Of a stretch of 24,000 bases of DNA, positions 8,251-17,252 are shown piece after piece (positions within the stretch are counted from its first letter, which is position 1; the number at the start of each line of letters is the position of its first letter). This DNA comes from Waterburya sp. Its GTDB lineage: Bacteria > Cyanobacteriota > Cyanobacteriia > Cyanobacteriales > Xenococcaceae. Position numbers and translations under genes: made by a program. Below the pieces are notes generated by a model. That model did not search any database. It was given only the letters and a program-made list of their open reading frames with translations, and had not been told where the DNA came from. Where the stretch lies: the NCBI GenBank assembly GCA_965217895.1, contig CBDCJV010000002.1, positions 4,991,816-5,015,815 of the forward strand, given 5' to 3'.

Positions 8251-8460
8251 TGGTGCGCGTACATGCGGCTAAAGCCTTTGTCTTGCTAAGTCAGCATTCC
8301 CTTGCGTCTTACGCCGACGCGGGGTCTGACTTCTGTCGGCGACGCGCCCTCCTTATGCCGGGGAACTCGTCCACCGCAACTGTCTCACCGCGTCGCCTGT
8401 GGTTTCCCAGGCGTTTATGTCGCCCGTCAAACTGTCGAACCCTTTAGGGGGTCGCACCGC
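8251..8460. ncRNA. Candidate structured RNA of unknown class (GC-rich island); strand unresolved
   Basis: 128/210 G+C by hand count against ~40% in the flanks. Closing helix GGTGCG 8252-8257 / CGCACC 8453-8458. Nested helices GCGTC 8304-8308 / GACGC 8341-8345 and GCCGAC 8313-8318 / GTCGGC 8335-8340. A competing 9-bp helix is GGCGACGCG 8338-8346 / CGCGTCGCC 8389-8397. There is no convincing ORF and no HIP1 site. Confidence 0.35.
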
Positions 8461-8734
8461 TAACCGATTAACGTACTGCGATAATTTATAATCTCCAGCT
8501 TAAAAAAACTTGATGTCGGTTAAATACACATTAGACCTCTTACATAAGTTCGCTCAATCTCGGTTGTGTTTAGGGAAAAGGTAGGATTGCGCTTTCTACG
8601 TAGTTAATTAACTCAATCCCTTACCCCTAGATGCGAGAAAGGACTTGTCCGTATCTAGTACCCCTTTCTCCTTTTCCCAATTGTCATCGATGACGGGGCG
8701 CATACTCCCATTCATTAAACGGTAATGCCATACT

Positions 8735-9622
8735 ATGCTAATTGTTATTTGTGGTGTGACTGCCAGCGGTAAATCTGGTTTAGCTTTAGAAATTGCTCAA
8801 CGTTTAAACACAGCGATCATTGGCGCAGATTCTCGGCAAATATACCGCGAGTTTGATATTGGCACAGCCAAACCGTCTTTAGCCGAACAAAAATTAGTTC
8901 CCCATTACCAAATTGATATTTGTGAGCCAACCGAGACATTGACTTTAGCAGAATATCAGCAGCAAACTCAAGAACTAATTAAGACGAGTAATCATTCTTT
9001 GTCATTATTAGTGGGTGGTACAGGATTGTATTTAGATGCAATTACTAAAGGTTTAAAGATACCTAGGGTATCGCCACAGCCAGAATTGCGATCGCAATTG
9101 TCTTCTCTAGGACAAGCACAAATTCACGGCTGGTTAGCTCAAGTTGACCCTAAAGCAGCCAGAAAAATTCATCTTAACGACCAATTTAGAACTTTGAGAG
9201 CGTTAGAAGTTTTTTATGTTACGGGTGTTCCTATTTCCGCCCAGCAAGGCGAAAATCCACCTAATTATCCCATTTTACAGATTGGCTTAGACGGCGATGT
9301 GGCAGCTTTAGACAAGAAAATTGCTACACGCACTAAGCAAATGATCGAGATGGGATTAGTTCAAGAGGTAGACTATCTCTGTCATAAATACAGTGAGAAT
9401 CTACCTTTGTTAAATACCCTGGGCTATAGCGAAATCAAACAATATTTAGCTGCTGAAATTAATTTAGAACAGGCGATCGCTCTAACTGTTACTCACACCC
9501 GTCAATTTGCCAAACGTCAGCGTACTTGGTTTAGAAAAAACAAAAATATCCGTTGGTTTGATAGCGGTAGTTATGATTTGGTTGAGCAAGTTTGGCAAAC
9601 AGTACAAGAATTTATTAATTAA
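8735..9622 (+). CDS. miaA: tRNA dimethylallyltransferase (tRNA delta2-isopentenylpyrophosphate transferase)
   Basis: 295-aa ORF. It has the P-loop ICGVTASGKSGLAL, the DSRQIYREFDIGTAKP motif, and LVGGTGLY. Confidence 0.9.
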   Translation: MLIVICGVTASGKSGLALEIAQRLNTAIIGADSRQIYREFDIGTAKPSLAEQKLVPHYQIDICEPTETLTLAEYQQQTQELIKTSNHSLSLLVGGTGLYLDAITKGLKIPRVSPQPELRSQLSSLGQAQIHGWLAQVDPKAARKIHLNDQFRTLRALEVFYVTGVPISAQQGENPPNYPILQIGLDGDVAALDKKIATRTKQMIEMGLVQEVDYLCHKYSENLPLLNTLGYSEIKQYLAAEINLEQAIALTVTHTRQFAKRQRTWFRKNKNIRWFDSGSYDLVEQVWQTVQEFIN

Positions 9623-9630
9623 GGCGTAAA

Positions 9631-9659
9631 AGCAGAATATATTCTGCTCCTAATTTTTT
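9631..9659. terminator. Bidirectional Rho-independent terminator between convergent miaA and the yciI-like gene
   Basis: A perfect 18-nt palindrome agcagaatatattctgct (9631-9648) is followed by T6 at 9654-9659 on the plus strand. It is preceded by aaaa, which reads as a T-run on the minus strand. Confidence 0.6.
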
Positions 9660-9665
9660 AGCTAT

Positions 9666-9935
9666 CTAAAAAGCTTGAATCCATTCTTTTATTTGATATT
9701 CAGTCCAAATACCATTTTGCCAATAGGGGTCAGACTCTACTAAATGGCGAACAGTTTCTTGATTGTCGGCTTCGTAGATACCAAAAACCTGAGTATTGTC
9801 TTTGGTTGGTCCTAAAGTAATTAGAATTCCCTGCTCTTTTTGACCGCCAAGACCATCCAAATGCGCTTGACGGTAGGGACTACGCTTTTCTAAGGCATTT
9901 TCACAATAGCTTCCCCACATAATATATTTGGGCAT
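9666..9935 (-). CDS. YciI-like family protein
   Basis: 89-aa ORF. Its size and the pattern (R..H...L......G.......GP; DPY...G.W) are typical of YciI/DGPF-fold proteins. Confidence 0.75.
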   Translation of the reverse strand: MPKYIMWGSYCENALEKRSPYRQAHLDGLGGQKEQGILITLGPTKDNTQVFGIYEADNQETVRHLVESDPYWQNGIWTEYQIKEWIQAF

Positions 9936-10075
9936 AGTATTTTCAATTTGGTATTTAACCTTACTATTATTGACATAAATCTGCCTCTCAATCTTGATGA
10001 CCGCGATTTATTTGACACAGATAATGCTGATTTCTTATTCCCACACTGCCTTAAAATTCTCTTAACTCTTATTAT

Positions 10076-11053
10076 TTATCTGGCTGAACAAGTTCCTTCT
10101 AACTTTTTGTGGCGACAACAGTACAAAGTTAGTAGTAAAAACAAACCTGTCCCTGTTAAATACTTAATTAAACTGGGAATTGTAAGACTAGGCGAGAAAA
10201 AACCTTCAATTGTTCCTGCAATAATTAACATAGGAATGATGCCAAATAATAACTGTGCAGCTTTAGTGCTGTTTGACTTGAGGGCATCAATACGGCGATA
10301 CTTACCAGGAAAAATCATGGCTTTGCCAATTAGTAATCCTGCACCTCCTGCAAAAAAGATAGCAGGTAATTCTAATGAACCGTGAGGAAAAACAAACGCC
10401 CAAAAAGGGTATGCTAAATTATTCTTGCCTACTAAAGTCGCTATCGTACCAATAGATAAGCCATTGCTTGCCATCAGAAAAATGGTATATAGTCCTGCGG
10501 TAATTCCGCCAGCGATCGCCGCAAAGGAAACAGAAAGGTTATTAATGGCGATGCTGCTAGAGGCTAAAGGTTCAACTCCTACAATTGAACCTGTCCAGAG
10601 TTCGCCATCTTCTTGAACCTTATTAATTAAATGCTCAGGGACAGTAATAGCAATGAAGGTTGGATCTTGCCAAGCGTACCACCAAGCAGTTATACCCGTG
10701 AGGAAAAATATCCCAGTGGCGATCGCAATATACTGCCAAGTTTCTTGTACAATCTGCGGAAATCCCCATAGATAAAATTCTTTTACCTGTTGCCATTCCT
10801 GACGTTTTGACCCCTGATAAACTTGGTTATAGCCACGGGAAGTAAGTTTTTGCAGATCTTGAATAAGGATATTACCGACTTTGTTTGTCCTTGCTCTGGC
10901 TAAATCTGCGGACACAGAGCGATACAGACTGGCTAAATCTTTAATTTCTGATGCTGATAAAGACTTTATGCCTTTAGTTTCTGCTAGCTGCAATAGATTA
11001 TCTAAATGCTTCCAGTTTTGCTCTCTCCTGGCAATCCAACGTCGAACATTCAT
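10076..11053 (-). CDS. SpoIIM-like / DUF95 family integral membrane protein
   Basis: 325-aa ORF. An N-terminal soluble helical region (W..L..LL......SLSA.E...L..LYR....DLA.AR) is followed by ~6 TM segments, as in stage II sporulation protein M homologues. Confidence 0.7.
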   Translation of the reverse strand: MNVRRWIARREQNWKHLDNLLQLAETKGIKSLSASEIKDLASLYRSVSADLARARTNKVGNILIQDLQKLTSRGYNQVYQGSKRQEWQQVKEFYLWGFPQIVQETWQYIAIATGIFFLTGITAWWYAWQDPTFIAITVPEHLINKVQEDGELWTGSIVGVEPLASSSIAINNLSVSFAAIAGGITAGLYTIFLMASNGLSIGTIATLVGKNNLAYPFWAFVFPHGSLELPAIFFAGGAGLLIGKAMIFPGKYRRIDALKSNSTKAAQLLFGIIPMLIIAGTIEGFFSPSLTIPSLIKYLTGTGLFLLLTLYCCRHKKLEGTCSAR

Positions 11054-11213
11054 TTAGTACGCCTAATGTAAATTGCTTTGGTTCAAATTAAATAGTTTAA
11101 AGCTATTAGCTGCTAGCTTCTTGGCGCACCGCTTTTAGCCTTTAAAGTTGTTTTTTAAATTACTTTTTTTATAACCTGAGTTTCATAAAGAAAGGTTAAT
11201 TCATCCTTACTCA

Positions 11214-11250
11214 TAAAAAAAGAGAATGACGAGAGAAATCGTTCTCATTC
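11214..11250 (-). terminator. Putative Rho-independent terminator of the rbcLXS transcript
   Basis: The minus strand reads GAATGAgaaCGAtttctcTCGTCATTCtcTTTTTTT, an interrupted 6+3-bp stem followed by a U7 run, ~80 nt downstream of the rbcS stop. Confidence 0.5.
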
Positions 11251-11330
11251 ATCATCCTCTAAAGTATTTATAGTTACTGTAGACGATGACTTTTACCGTG
11301 TCCACAATCAATAACTAAGCTTTTTAATAT

Positions 11331-11672
11331 TTAGAAACGGCTGTTTTGGCTGTTAGGCTTGTAAACAATAAAGCTAACTGTTTGACATTGCTTAATGTTG
11401 TCAAAACCAACAACGCGAATGTAACAGTCGGAATATTCAGAACGACATTCACGAACTTCGTTTAATACTTCTTGAGAGCTACGAGCATCAAATAAAGGTA
11501 GCTTCCATAAAGTCCAGTGGTGCAATTTAGGAGTAGGATCTTTTTCAAACTCTACACCAGGAATATAGCCTTGGTCGATCATGTGATCAATTTGTTTGGC
11601 AATTTGCTGATCGGTTAAAGGAGGCAAAAAAGAAAGGGTTTCGTAACGACGCTCTTTAGGTAAAGTTTTCAT
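11331..11672 (-). CDS. rbcS: RuBisCO small subunit
   Basis: 113-aa ORF containing [19 protein letters not shown]...M...G..P..EF and [10 protein letters not shown], the canonical RbcS sequence. Confidence 0.95.
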   Translation of the reverse strand: MKTLPKERRYETLSFLPPLTDQQIAKQIDHMIDQGYIPGVEFEKDPTPKLHHWTLWKLPLFDARSSQEVLNEVRECRSEYSDCYIRVVGFDNIKQCQTVSFIVYKPNSQNSRF

Positions 11673-11696
11673 AGCTTATCTTTGCGTATATTTGTT

Positions 11697-12101
11697 TTAA
11701 TCAGAATCTTCTGTTTCCCCAGTCGCTTGGGTTGCATCCAGGTTAGAAGTTTCAGTTTGCGATCGGGTAAGACGTTCCAAAAGATGACGACGATGAGCCA
11801 AATTATCTTGCTTTACCTTTGAAGTAACTATTTCAGGGATAAACTCTAAAGTCTGCTCTGCCATAGTAGCGCGAACGGTCATTATTCGCAGAGCAAGTTC
11901 CTTTCCTCGTGGCTCTGACATAATTTCGTCGATATAGGCTTCTGCATCTCTCAGCTTGCCCCCCGAAGAATATTGTCTCAACCAAATGGCTTCTCCTGGA
12001 TTGGTTTCGGCTAATTGTTCAATAATTAGCATTACCGCTTTATAAGTAAGATAATTTTGAACTATCTTTGCCGTATCTTTTGCAATTTCTTTTGGTTGCA
12101 T
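11697..12101 (-). CDS. rbcX: RuBisCO assembly chaperone RbcX
   Basis: 134-aa ORF located between rbcL and rbcS. It shows the pattern K..AKDTAK....YLTY.A......QL...NP....W typical of RbcX. Confidence 0.9.
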   Translation of the reverse strand: MQPKEIAKDTAKIVQNYLTYKAVMLIIEQLAETNPGEAIWLRQYSSGGKLRDAEAYIDEIMSEPRGKELALRIMTVRATMAEQTLEFIPEIVTSKVKQDNLAHRRHLLERLTRSQTETSNLDATQATGETEDSD

Positions 12102-12375
12102 TTAGGGCGCATCATCAATTAGAAAAAAAGTACTTTTTTCGCTATTTTAACGACCTACTTCGTCGAAAAATAACCTCCGTAGCTCTGCTATGCAGAACAT
12201 TTTTCTCCTTGTATCTCGCTAAAATTGCTTCAAAAGCATCTTCTCCTCCAAATGATGACACGCCCTAGTTCAGGACAGCTATTCTGAGATATAAAGACGA
12301 GAGATTGTTATCAATTCCTTATTTTTAACCCCAGACTTAACTGTTAGCTGTTCATAAATAACTATTCGCGCTCTG

Positions 12376-13791
12376 TTAGAGGGTATCTACAGCGTCAAAC
12401 TCGAACTTGATTTCTTTCCAAAGTTCACAAGCTGCGGCAAGTTCAGGACTCCAGCGGCACGCTTCACGGATAACGTCGTTACCTTCGCGAGCTAGGTTGC
12501 GTCCTTCGTTACGAGCTTGAACGCAAGCTTCTAAAGCCACACGGTTAGCAGTTGCACCAGGAGCATTACCCCAAGGGTGTCCTAAAGTACCACCACCAAA
12601 CTGTAGACAGGAATCATCACCAAAGATTTCTACTAGTGCAGGCATATGCCATACGTGGATACCACCAGAAGCAACAGGCATTACCCCAGGCATAGAAGCC
12701 CAATCTTGGGTAAAGAAGTTACCCCGTGAGCGGTCTTCTTCTACATAGTCTTCACGCATTTGGTCAACAAAACCTAGAGTGATATCACGTTCACCCTCAA
12801 GTTTACCGACAACTGTACCTGAGTGAAGGTGGTCACCACCAGACATACGTAAACATTTGGCTAGTACGCGGAAGTGAATACCATGATTTCTTTGACGGTC
12901 AATTACTGCGTGCATGGCGCGGTGAATGTGTAGTAGTAGACCATTTTTACGACACCATTTAGCTAAGGTAGTGTTAGCAGTAAAACCACCAGTTAAGAAA
13001 TCGTGCATAACAATAGGAGTACCAATTTCTTTAGCGAATTCAGCACGTTCCATCATGTCTTCGCAGGTAGCAGCAGTTACATTGAGGTAATGACCTTTAA
13101 CTTCATTAGTTTCTGCTTGAGATTTTTCAATTGCTTCTTGGACAAACAAAAAGCGATCGCGCCAGCGCATGAAAGGCTGAGAGTTAATATTCTCGTCATC
13201 TTTGGTGAAATCTAGACCACCACGCAGACATTCATAAACTGCACGACCGTAGTTTTTAGCAGATAAACCTAATTTAGGTTTGATTGTGCAACCTAGTAAA
13301 GGACGACCATACTTGTTTAATAAGTCTCTTTCCACGGTAATTCCGTGAGGAGGCCCTTGGAAAGTTTTCATCAAGGCTACAGGAATCCGCAGATCCTCCA
13401 AGCGCAATGCACGCAGGGCTTTGAAACCAAAAACATTACCGACTAAAGAAGTAAGAATGTTAGTTACAGAACCCTCTTCAAACAAATCCATGGGATAAGC
13501 GACAAAACAGAAATACTGATTGTCTTCACCAGGAACGGGTTCAACTTCATAACAACGACCTTTATAGCGATCAAGATCGGTCAAACCATCTGTCCATACT
13601 GTTGTCCACGTACCTGTAGAAGATTCAGCAGCTACCGCAGCAGCACATTCTTCTGCGGGGACACCAGGCTGAGGGGTCATGCGGAAACAAGCCAAAAGGT
13701 CTGTATCCTTGGGAGTGTAGTCTGGGGTGTAATAGGTCAGGCGATAGTCTTGTACACCAGCCTTAAATCCAGCACCTGTCTTAGTTGCCAT
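12376..13791 (-). CDS. rbcL: RuBisCO large subunit, form IB
   Basis: 471-aa ORF, near-identical over long stretches to cyanobacterial RbcL (GYKAGV-type N-terminus, [35 protein letters not shown]). A GGAGGA RBS sits upstream. Confidence 0.98.
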   Translation of the reverse strand: MATKTGAGFKAGVQDYRLTYYTPDYTPKDTDLLACFRMTPQPGVPAEECAAAVAAESSTGTWTTVWTDGLTDLDRYKGRCYEVEPVPGEDNQYFCFVAYPMDLFEEGSVTNILTSLVGNVFGFKALRALRLEDLRIPVALMKTFQGPPHGITVERDLLNKYGRPLLGCTIKPKLGLSAKNYGRAVYECLRGGLDFTKDDENINSQPFMRWRDRFLFVQEAIEKSQAETNEVKGHYLNVTAATCEDMMERAEFAKEIGTPIVMHDFLTGGFTANTTLAKWCRKNGLLLHIHRAMHAVIDRQRNHGIHFRVLAKCLRMSGGDHLHSGTVVGKLEGERDITLGFVDQMREDYVEEDRSRGNFFTQDWASMPGVMPVASGGIHVWHMPALVEIFGDDSCLQFGGGTLGHPWGNAPGATANRVALEACVQARNEGRNLAREGNDVIREACRWSPELAAACELWKEIKFEFDAVDTL

Positions 13792-13837
13792 GTTTGGTCA
13801 TTCCTCCATAAATAAAACGCTTAATTTTTACTTTCCT

Positions 13838-13865
13838 ATAGAGTCACTTATCTTACAGACTCTAT
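13838..13865 (-). promoter_or_regulatory. Stem-loop in the presumed rbcL 5' leader
   Basis: 8-bp perfect inverted repeat ATAGAGTC (13838-13845) / GACTCTAT (13858-13865) with a 12-nt loop, ~47 nt upstream of the rbcL ATG. Confidence 0.35.
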
Positions 13866-14394
13866 TACCGTTAAAAAAAATCAGTAGAAAGATATCTCGC
13901 GGTCTTAAAAAATTTTTGCTCAAGACAGCATTAGCTGCTTCTTTTCGCAATTTCTTATGTTATCAGAATATCACGGATATTAATCTTTTCTGTGTATTTT
14001 GCTCTCGTTTCTAATTTGATTATTTTTTCAATTAGATTAATTAAACTAATGAGTTTTTTAAAGCAATCTAAGAATGTTAAGAATTATTAATAGTTTCTTT
14101 ATTAACTTAGCTTATTGCTTTTAAAGTCCGCATCAAATCAATTTTTTACTAAGCATTTTTACTTATTATTACTGTTAGATTAAAATTTTCATGTTTTAAA
14201 AACTGTTGTTTAGGACTATTTTTCTAAAACAATAGTCATCTTCAATAACAATAGTAAATAATACCTAAAGTATAAAATCGACATCAGCTAAAAGTTGTGT
14301 CGATCTAGTTAAATTTAAATACTATGTACTGTCTTAAAGCGAAGAGCTACAAAACTACAAATTTTTAACAAAGTCAATTCATGTTAAGCGTATT

Positions 14395-15048
14395 TTATTG
14401 ACTTGAATTACCAGCATTAGAACTCAAACCTTTGCTGTGAGGAAATAAGGTTACTAAAAGTTCGTTAACGTAAACTTGTCCAACAACAGGAGCTTTATTT
14501 GGCTTGACAGCAAATTCAACGGATGTTTCTACTCGATCTACTTCTTGAGTGGATGGAGCAGCAGGATTATCTTGCCAAAAATCTTGACTTGCTGTCTGCT
14601 TGGGTTGAGTGGGATTATAACCATTTGCTCGATAACCATTTTTGCTATTTCCTTGGGAGTTGGATTTTTTCTGATTCTCACTCAAGTTCACTTTACGAGA
14701 CAGATCGCCAATAATTGAACCAGGCTCAATTACCTTCATTGCCTCAACATCTTCTTGAAAAATTGTGCTAGAAGTACCAACACAAGCATTATTGCCAATT
14801 TTGCTAGCACCAATTATTAAAACTCCCGAACCCAAAATAGCACCATTACCAATTTCAATTGAACCCTGACAGGCATTAATAATTGCCCCCATACCAACAC
14901 AAGCATCTGCACCAATGACAATTCGGCACTCAGGAGCAGCTTGTAAGATAACTCCTGATGCCAAGGAAGCAGTAGGGTGAATTTCAACATCACCGCTAAT
15001 GCGTATGTCTTTATTTAATACAGGTTGCGGTGGTGGTAAATAAATCAT
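14395..15048 (-). CDS. ccmN: Carboxysome assembly protein CcmN
   Basis: 217-aa ORF directly downstream of ccmM. It has an N-terminal left-handed beta-helix hexapeptide repeat region, a low-complexity linker, and a C-terminal amphipathic segment GQVYVNELLVTLFP (nt 14440-14484) in the position of the CcmN encapsulation peptide. Confidence 0.85.
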   Translation of the reverse strand: MIYLPPPQPVLNKDIRISGDVEIHPTASLASGVILQAAPECRIVIGADACVGMGAIINACQGSIEIGNGAILGSGVLIIGASKIGNNACVGTSSTIFQEDVEAMKVIEPGSIIGDLSRKVNLSENQKKSNSQGNSKNGYRANGYNPTQPKQTASQDFWQDNPAAPSTQEVDRVETSVEFAVKPNKAPVVGQVYVNELLVTLFPHSKGLSSNAGNSSQ

Positions 15049-15161
15049 TGGCTAGTATTTTGATTATGGACGCAAGAACAGCTATTTTTTCTCTAGCGTA
15101 TGAGACAAACAACTGCTCTTTTGTCCAATAAAGTAATGAATGCAACCTCTATAGTGGTAAC

Positions 15162-17252
15162 TTACGGACGTTGAATAATAGTTTCTGCCACTCTTCTTTT
15201 GCTTTTAGGATCGATTCCTAACAAGCGGACGTACTCACCATGATGTTCCGCTAAAAGAACTTTCAAAGAAGCAACCACATCTAACTCATTGCGACTATCG
15301 ATAGTCGCGGAGCTTTTCCAAGACTTAGTTTTAAAGCGTCGTTTATCCGCGTGTTCTATGCCAATTTTATAGCCCGCAGCAAGTAAAGAGCGTACTTCCT
15401 GAGTAGCTTCATTACTAATTTGCTTTTGGCTGAAGTCGTTATAATGAGCAGGACGACTATTTTTACTATCATCGTTGGTATAGTTAGCTACAAAGTAGCC
15501 TCTATCCTTTACATTACTATTACTCTGTCTGCCATTGCCGTTACCGTTGCTCTTGGCTTGAGGATTATCACCAGGTCTTTGGATAATAGTTTCAGCCACT
15601 CTACGCCTAGCTTGAGAATCAATGCCCAGCATACGGACATATTCACCGCTATGTTCTGTCAAACAGTCTTCTAAAGCTGCAACAACTTCTGATTCGCGTT
15701 TACTTTCAATGGGAGAACAGCTTTTCCAAGATTTGGTTCTAAAACGTCGTTTATCGGCGTGTTCTGAGCCAATTTGATAACCAGCAGCCAACAAAGAGCG
15801 AATTTCTTGAACTATCTCTGAATCTAAACTGCTGCTACTACCGTTGCTGCTATAACTAGCTCTACCACCATTACCATTGCTATAGTTAGAGCTAGAAGAA
15901 CTTCTAGAAGACTGTACAGGGGTTTCTCCAGGACGCTGCACAATTATTTCCGCCATTCTTCTTTTGACATGGTTATCAGCAGCAACAATGCGAACGTATT
16001 CGTTAGGATATTCCGCCATAGTTTTTTCAATAGCATCAAATACCTTGTTGCTACCACCTTGAACTTGCCCAACCGTTAGCCAAGATTTGGTTTTAAAGCG
16101 ACGTTTGCTGGCACGCTCGATACCAATACTACAGCCTTGGGAAACCAAGCTATCAATCTGTTGAGAAGCGTCACCGTTGAGGCTGCCACTACCATTGGTG
16201 CTATGGCTAGAGCGATTTCTGCCACTGCGGTTGCGACCTCGATTATGATTGGCAACATTTCTAATTGTTCCTTCACCTGGAGTATCTCCAGGTCGCTGAA
16301 CGACCATCTCCACGATTCTTCTATTGGCTCTGGGGTCTACGCCAATTACCCTCACGTACTCTCCCTGGTATTCACGAAGTACAGAATCCAATTCAGCCAT
16401 TACATGACTTTCGTTTCGGCTGGCAATTTTCTCGCCAGTTAGCCATGATTTAGTTTTAAAACGACGACTGTTAGCGTGTTCGGTGCTGATGATACAGCCT
16501 TGCGCCAGTAGCGATCGCACCTGGTTACTAATATCTGAACTTAAACTCATATTCTCTACTGATTTTATATAATTATTTTCATTATTAACATCAAAGGTCA
16601 GATTTTCATCTGCTTCTCTACGTTTGCTAGCTTGTTTCATTTTGGGGTTGATACAGGCATCATTATCGGCACACTGATAGCCAGCTAAAAGTGCTTCGTT
16701 AACTTCGACGACATGGCTGGCAAAAGAGCGATCGCTCTCGATAACATTAGGTAAGCGTTCAGCCTGCTGCTGATTAACAATTACCGCGCCAGAAGGAACA
16801 TATTTCCCTGGGGGAATTTCCACATCTTGAATCAAAGCGTGCATCATGACAATGCAGCCATCTCCCACCTTGGCATTAAACACCGTCGAGCGAAAACCAA
16901 TAAAGCATTCATCACCGATGTATGCTGGACCATGAATTAACGCCATGTGAGTGATGCAGGTATTCTTACCAATCCAGACAGAATATTCATTGCCATCGTC
17001 ACCAGCTACCCGACCTTTTTCTAAGCCATGAATTACCACACCGTCTTGAATATTAGTGCTTGCACCAATATAAAAAGGCGTTCCTTCGTCGGCTCTGATT
17101 GAGCTTCCTGGGGCAACAAATACGTTTGCTCCTATTCTTACATCTCCGATCAGCCTAGAGAAAGAGTGTACGTAAGCAGTTTTATCTACTTGTGGTGTCG
17201 CCAGATCCTCAGACCAGGGGGTGGGGGGAGCCGCTTTAGTGCGGACTGCCAT
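15162..17252 (-). CDS. ccmM: Carboxysome scaffold protein CcmM: gamma-carbonic-anhydrase-like domain plus four SSUL (RbcS-like) modules
   Basis: 696-aa ORF with an AGGAGG RBS. The N-terminal gamma-CA fold (aa 1-~210) contains GVVIHGL and [10 protein letters not shown]. It is followed by four repeats of the type ..R.LL..G..IG.EHA..RRF.TKSW...........V...L......EYVR..G.D...RRR..E.I.QRPG. Confidence 0.95.
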   Translation of the reverse strand: MAVRTKAAPPTPWSEDLATPQVDKTAYVHSFSRLIGDVRIGANVFVAPGSSIRADEGTPFYIGASTNIQDGVVIHGLEKGRVAGDDGNEYSVWIGKNTCITHMALIHGPAYIGDECFIGFRSTVFNAKVGDGCIVMMHALIQDVEIPPGKYVPSGAVIVNQQQAERLPNVIESDRSFASHVVEVNEALLAGYQCADNDACINPKMKQASKRREADENLTFDVNNENNYIKSVENMSLSSDISNQVRSLLAQGCIISTEHANSRRFKTKSWLTGEKIASRNESHVMAELDSVLREYQGEYVRVIGVDPRANRRIVEMVVQRPGDTPGEGTIRNVANHNRGRNRSGRNRSSHSTNGSGSLNGDASQQIDSLVSQGCSIGIERASKRRFKTKSWLTVGQVQGGSNKVFDAIEKTMAEYPNEYVRIVAADNHVKRRMAEIIVQRPGETPVQSSRSSSSSNYSNGNGGRASYSSNGSSSSLDSEIVQEIRSLLAAGYQIGSEHADKRRFRTKSWKSCSPIESKRESEVVAALEDCLTEHSGEYVRMLGIDSQARRRVAETIIQRPGDNPQAKSNGNGNGRQSNSNVKDRGYFVANYTNDDSKNSRPAHYNDFSQKQISNEATQEVRSLLAAGYKIGIEHADKRRFKTKSWKSSATIDSRNELDVVASLKVLLAEHHGEYVRLLGIDPKSKRRVAETIIQRP
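15165..16541 (-). repeat. Four tandem SSUL coding modules inside ccmM
   Basis: Module positions are SSUL1 16287-16541, SSUL2 15927-16181, SSUL3 15570-15827 and SSUL4 15165-15419. Coordinates were derived by counting residues 238-322, 358-442, 476-561 and 612-696. The modules are separated by S/N/G/R-rich linkers. Confidence 0.85.

Noticed and set aside
8404-8446. The minus strand reads CUAAAGGGUUCGAC...GACGGGCG-ACAUAAA-CGCCUGGGAAAC, which resembles the 5' CUAGGGUUCCG and the 3' ACGGCGGGAUAAAAGCCCGGGAGA hairpin of the ykkC (guanidine-I) riboswitch as I recall it.
   Set aside because: The central P1a/P1b region with GGUCCGAGAG is missing. The two elements are ~10 nt apart instead of ~45. No gene lies downstream on the minus strand to be regulated. 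Only a covariance-model search could revive this idea.
8250-8447. 65-aa plus-strand ORF (MVRVHAAKAFVLLSQHSLASYADAGSDFCRRRALLMPGNSS...) across the GC-rich island.
   Set aside because: It has Arg/Cys/Ser/Pro-rich composition typical of a random frame in GC-rich DNA, no RBS and no recognisable motif. The RNA-structure interpretation explains the sequence better.
8411-8460. The minus strand reads CCCCCUAAAGGGUUCGACAGUUUGACGGGCG, which is reminiscent of the tmRNA 5' end (GGGG...GGUUUCGACAGG).
   Set aside because: There is no GGGG/CCCCACCA acceptor stem and no T-arm. No tag reading frame ends in a hydrophobic ...AA stop. The total length is too short for a one-piece tmRNA.
8573-8678. A 106-nt segment bounded by 9-bp inverted repeats GGGAAAAGG / CCTTTTCCC, with an inner CTAGAT / ATCTAG pair (MITE-like).
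   Set aside because: A 9-bp inverted repeat within ~200 nt is expected many times by chance in 24 kb. There is no second copy in the window and no target-site duplication. It is worth a genome-wide copy count only.
9948-10385. 145-aa plus-strand ORF, with 10425..10616 also on the plus strand.
   Set aside because: Both lie almost entirely antisense to the well-supported SpoIIM-like membrane gene. They are mirror-frame ORFs with implausible composition.
12124-12139. Perfect 16-nt palindrome AAAAAAGTACTTTTTT just upstream of rbcX.
   Set aside because: It is a pure A/U stem of negligible stability in a low-complexity AT run. It lies inside the larger spacer feature already reported.
14284-14296. 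The 12-mer CAGCTAAAAGTT is shared with 19516-19528, upstream of ndhF3; considered as a possible common regulatory box.
   Set aside because: By a rough n^2/2 x 4^-12 estimate, on the order of ten or more 12-mer coincidences are expected in 24 kb, more in AT-rich DNA. This is not significant on its own.
14277-14304. Hairpin ATCGACA-N14-TGTCGAT downstream of ccmN, considered as a possible terminator of the ccm operon.
   Set aside because: It has only 7 bp, a 14-nt loop and a 3-U tail, which is too weak to call. ccm and rbc may in any case be co-transcribed or use a separate rbcL promoter.
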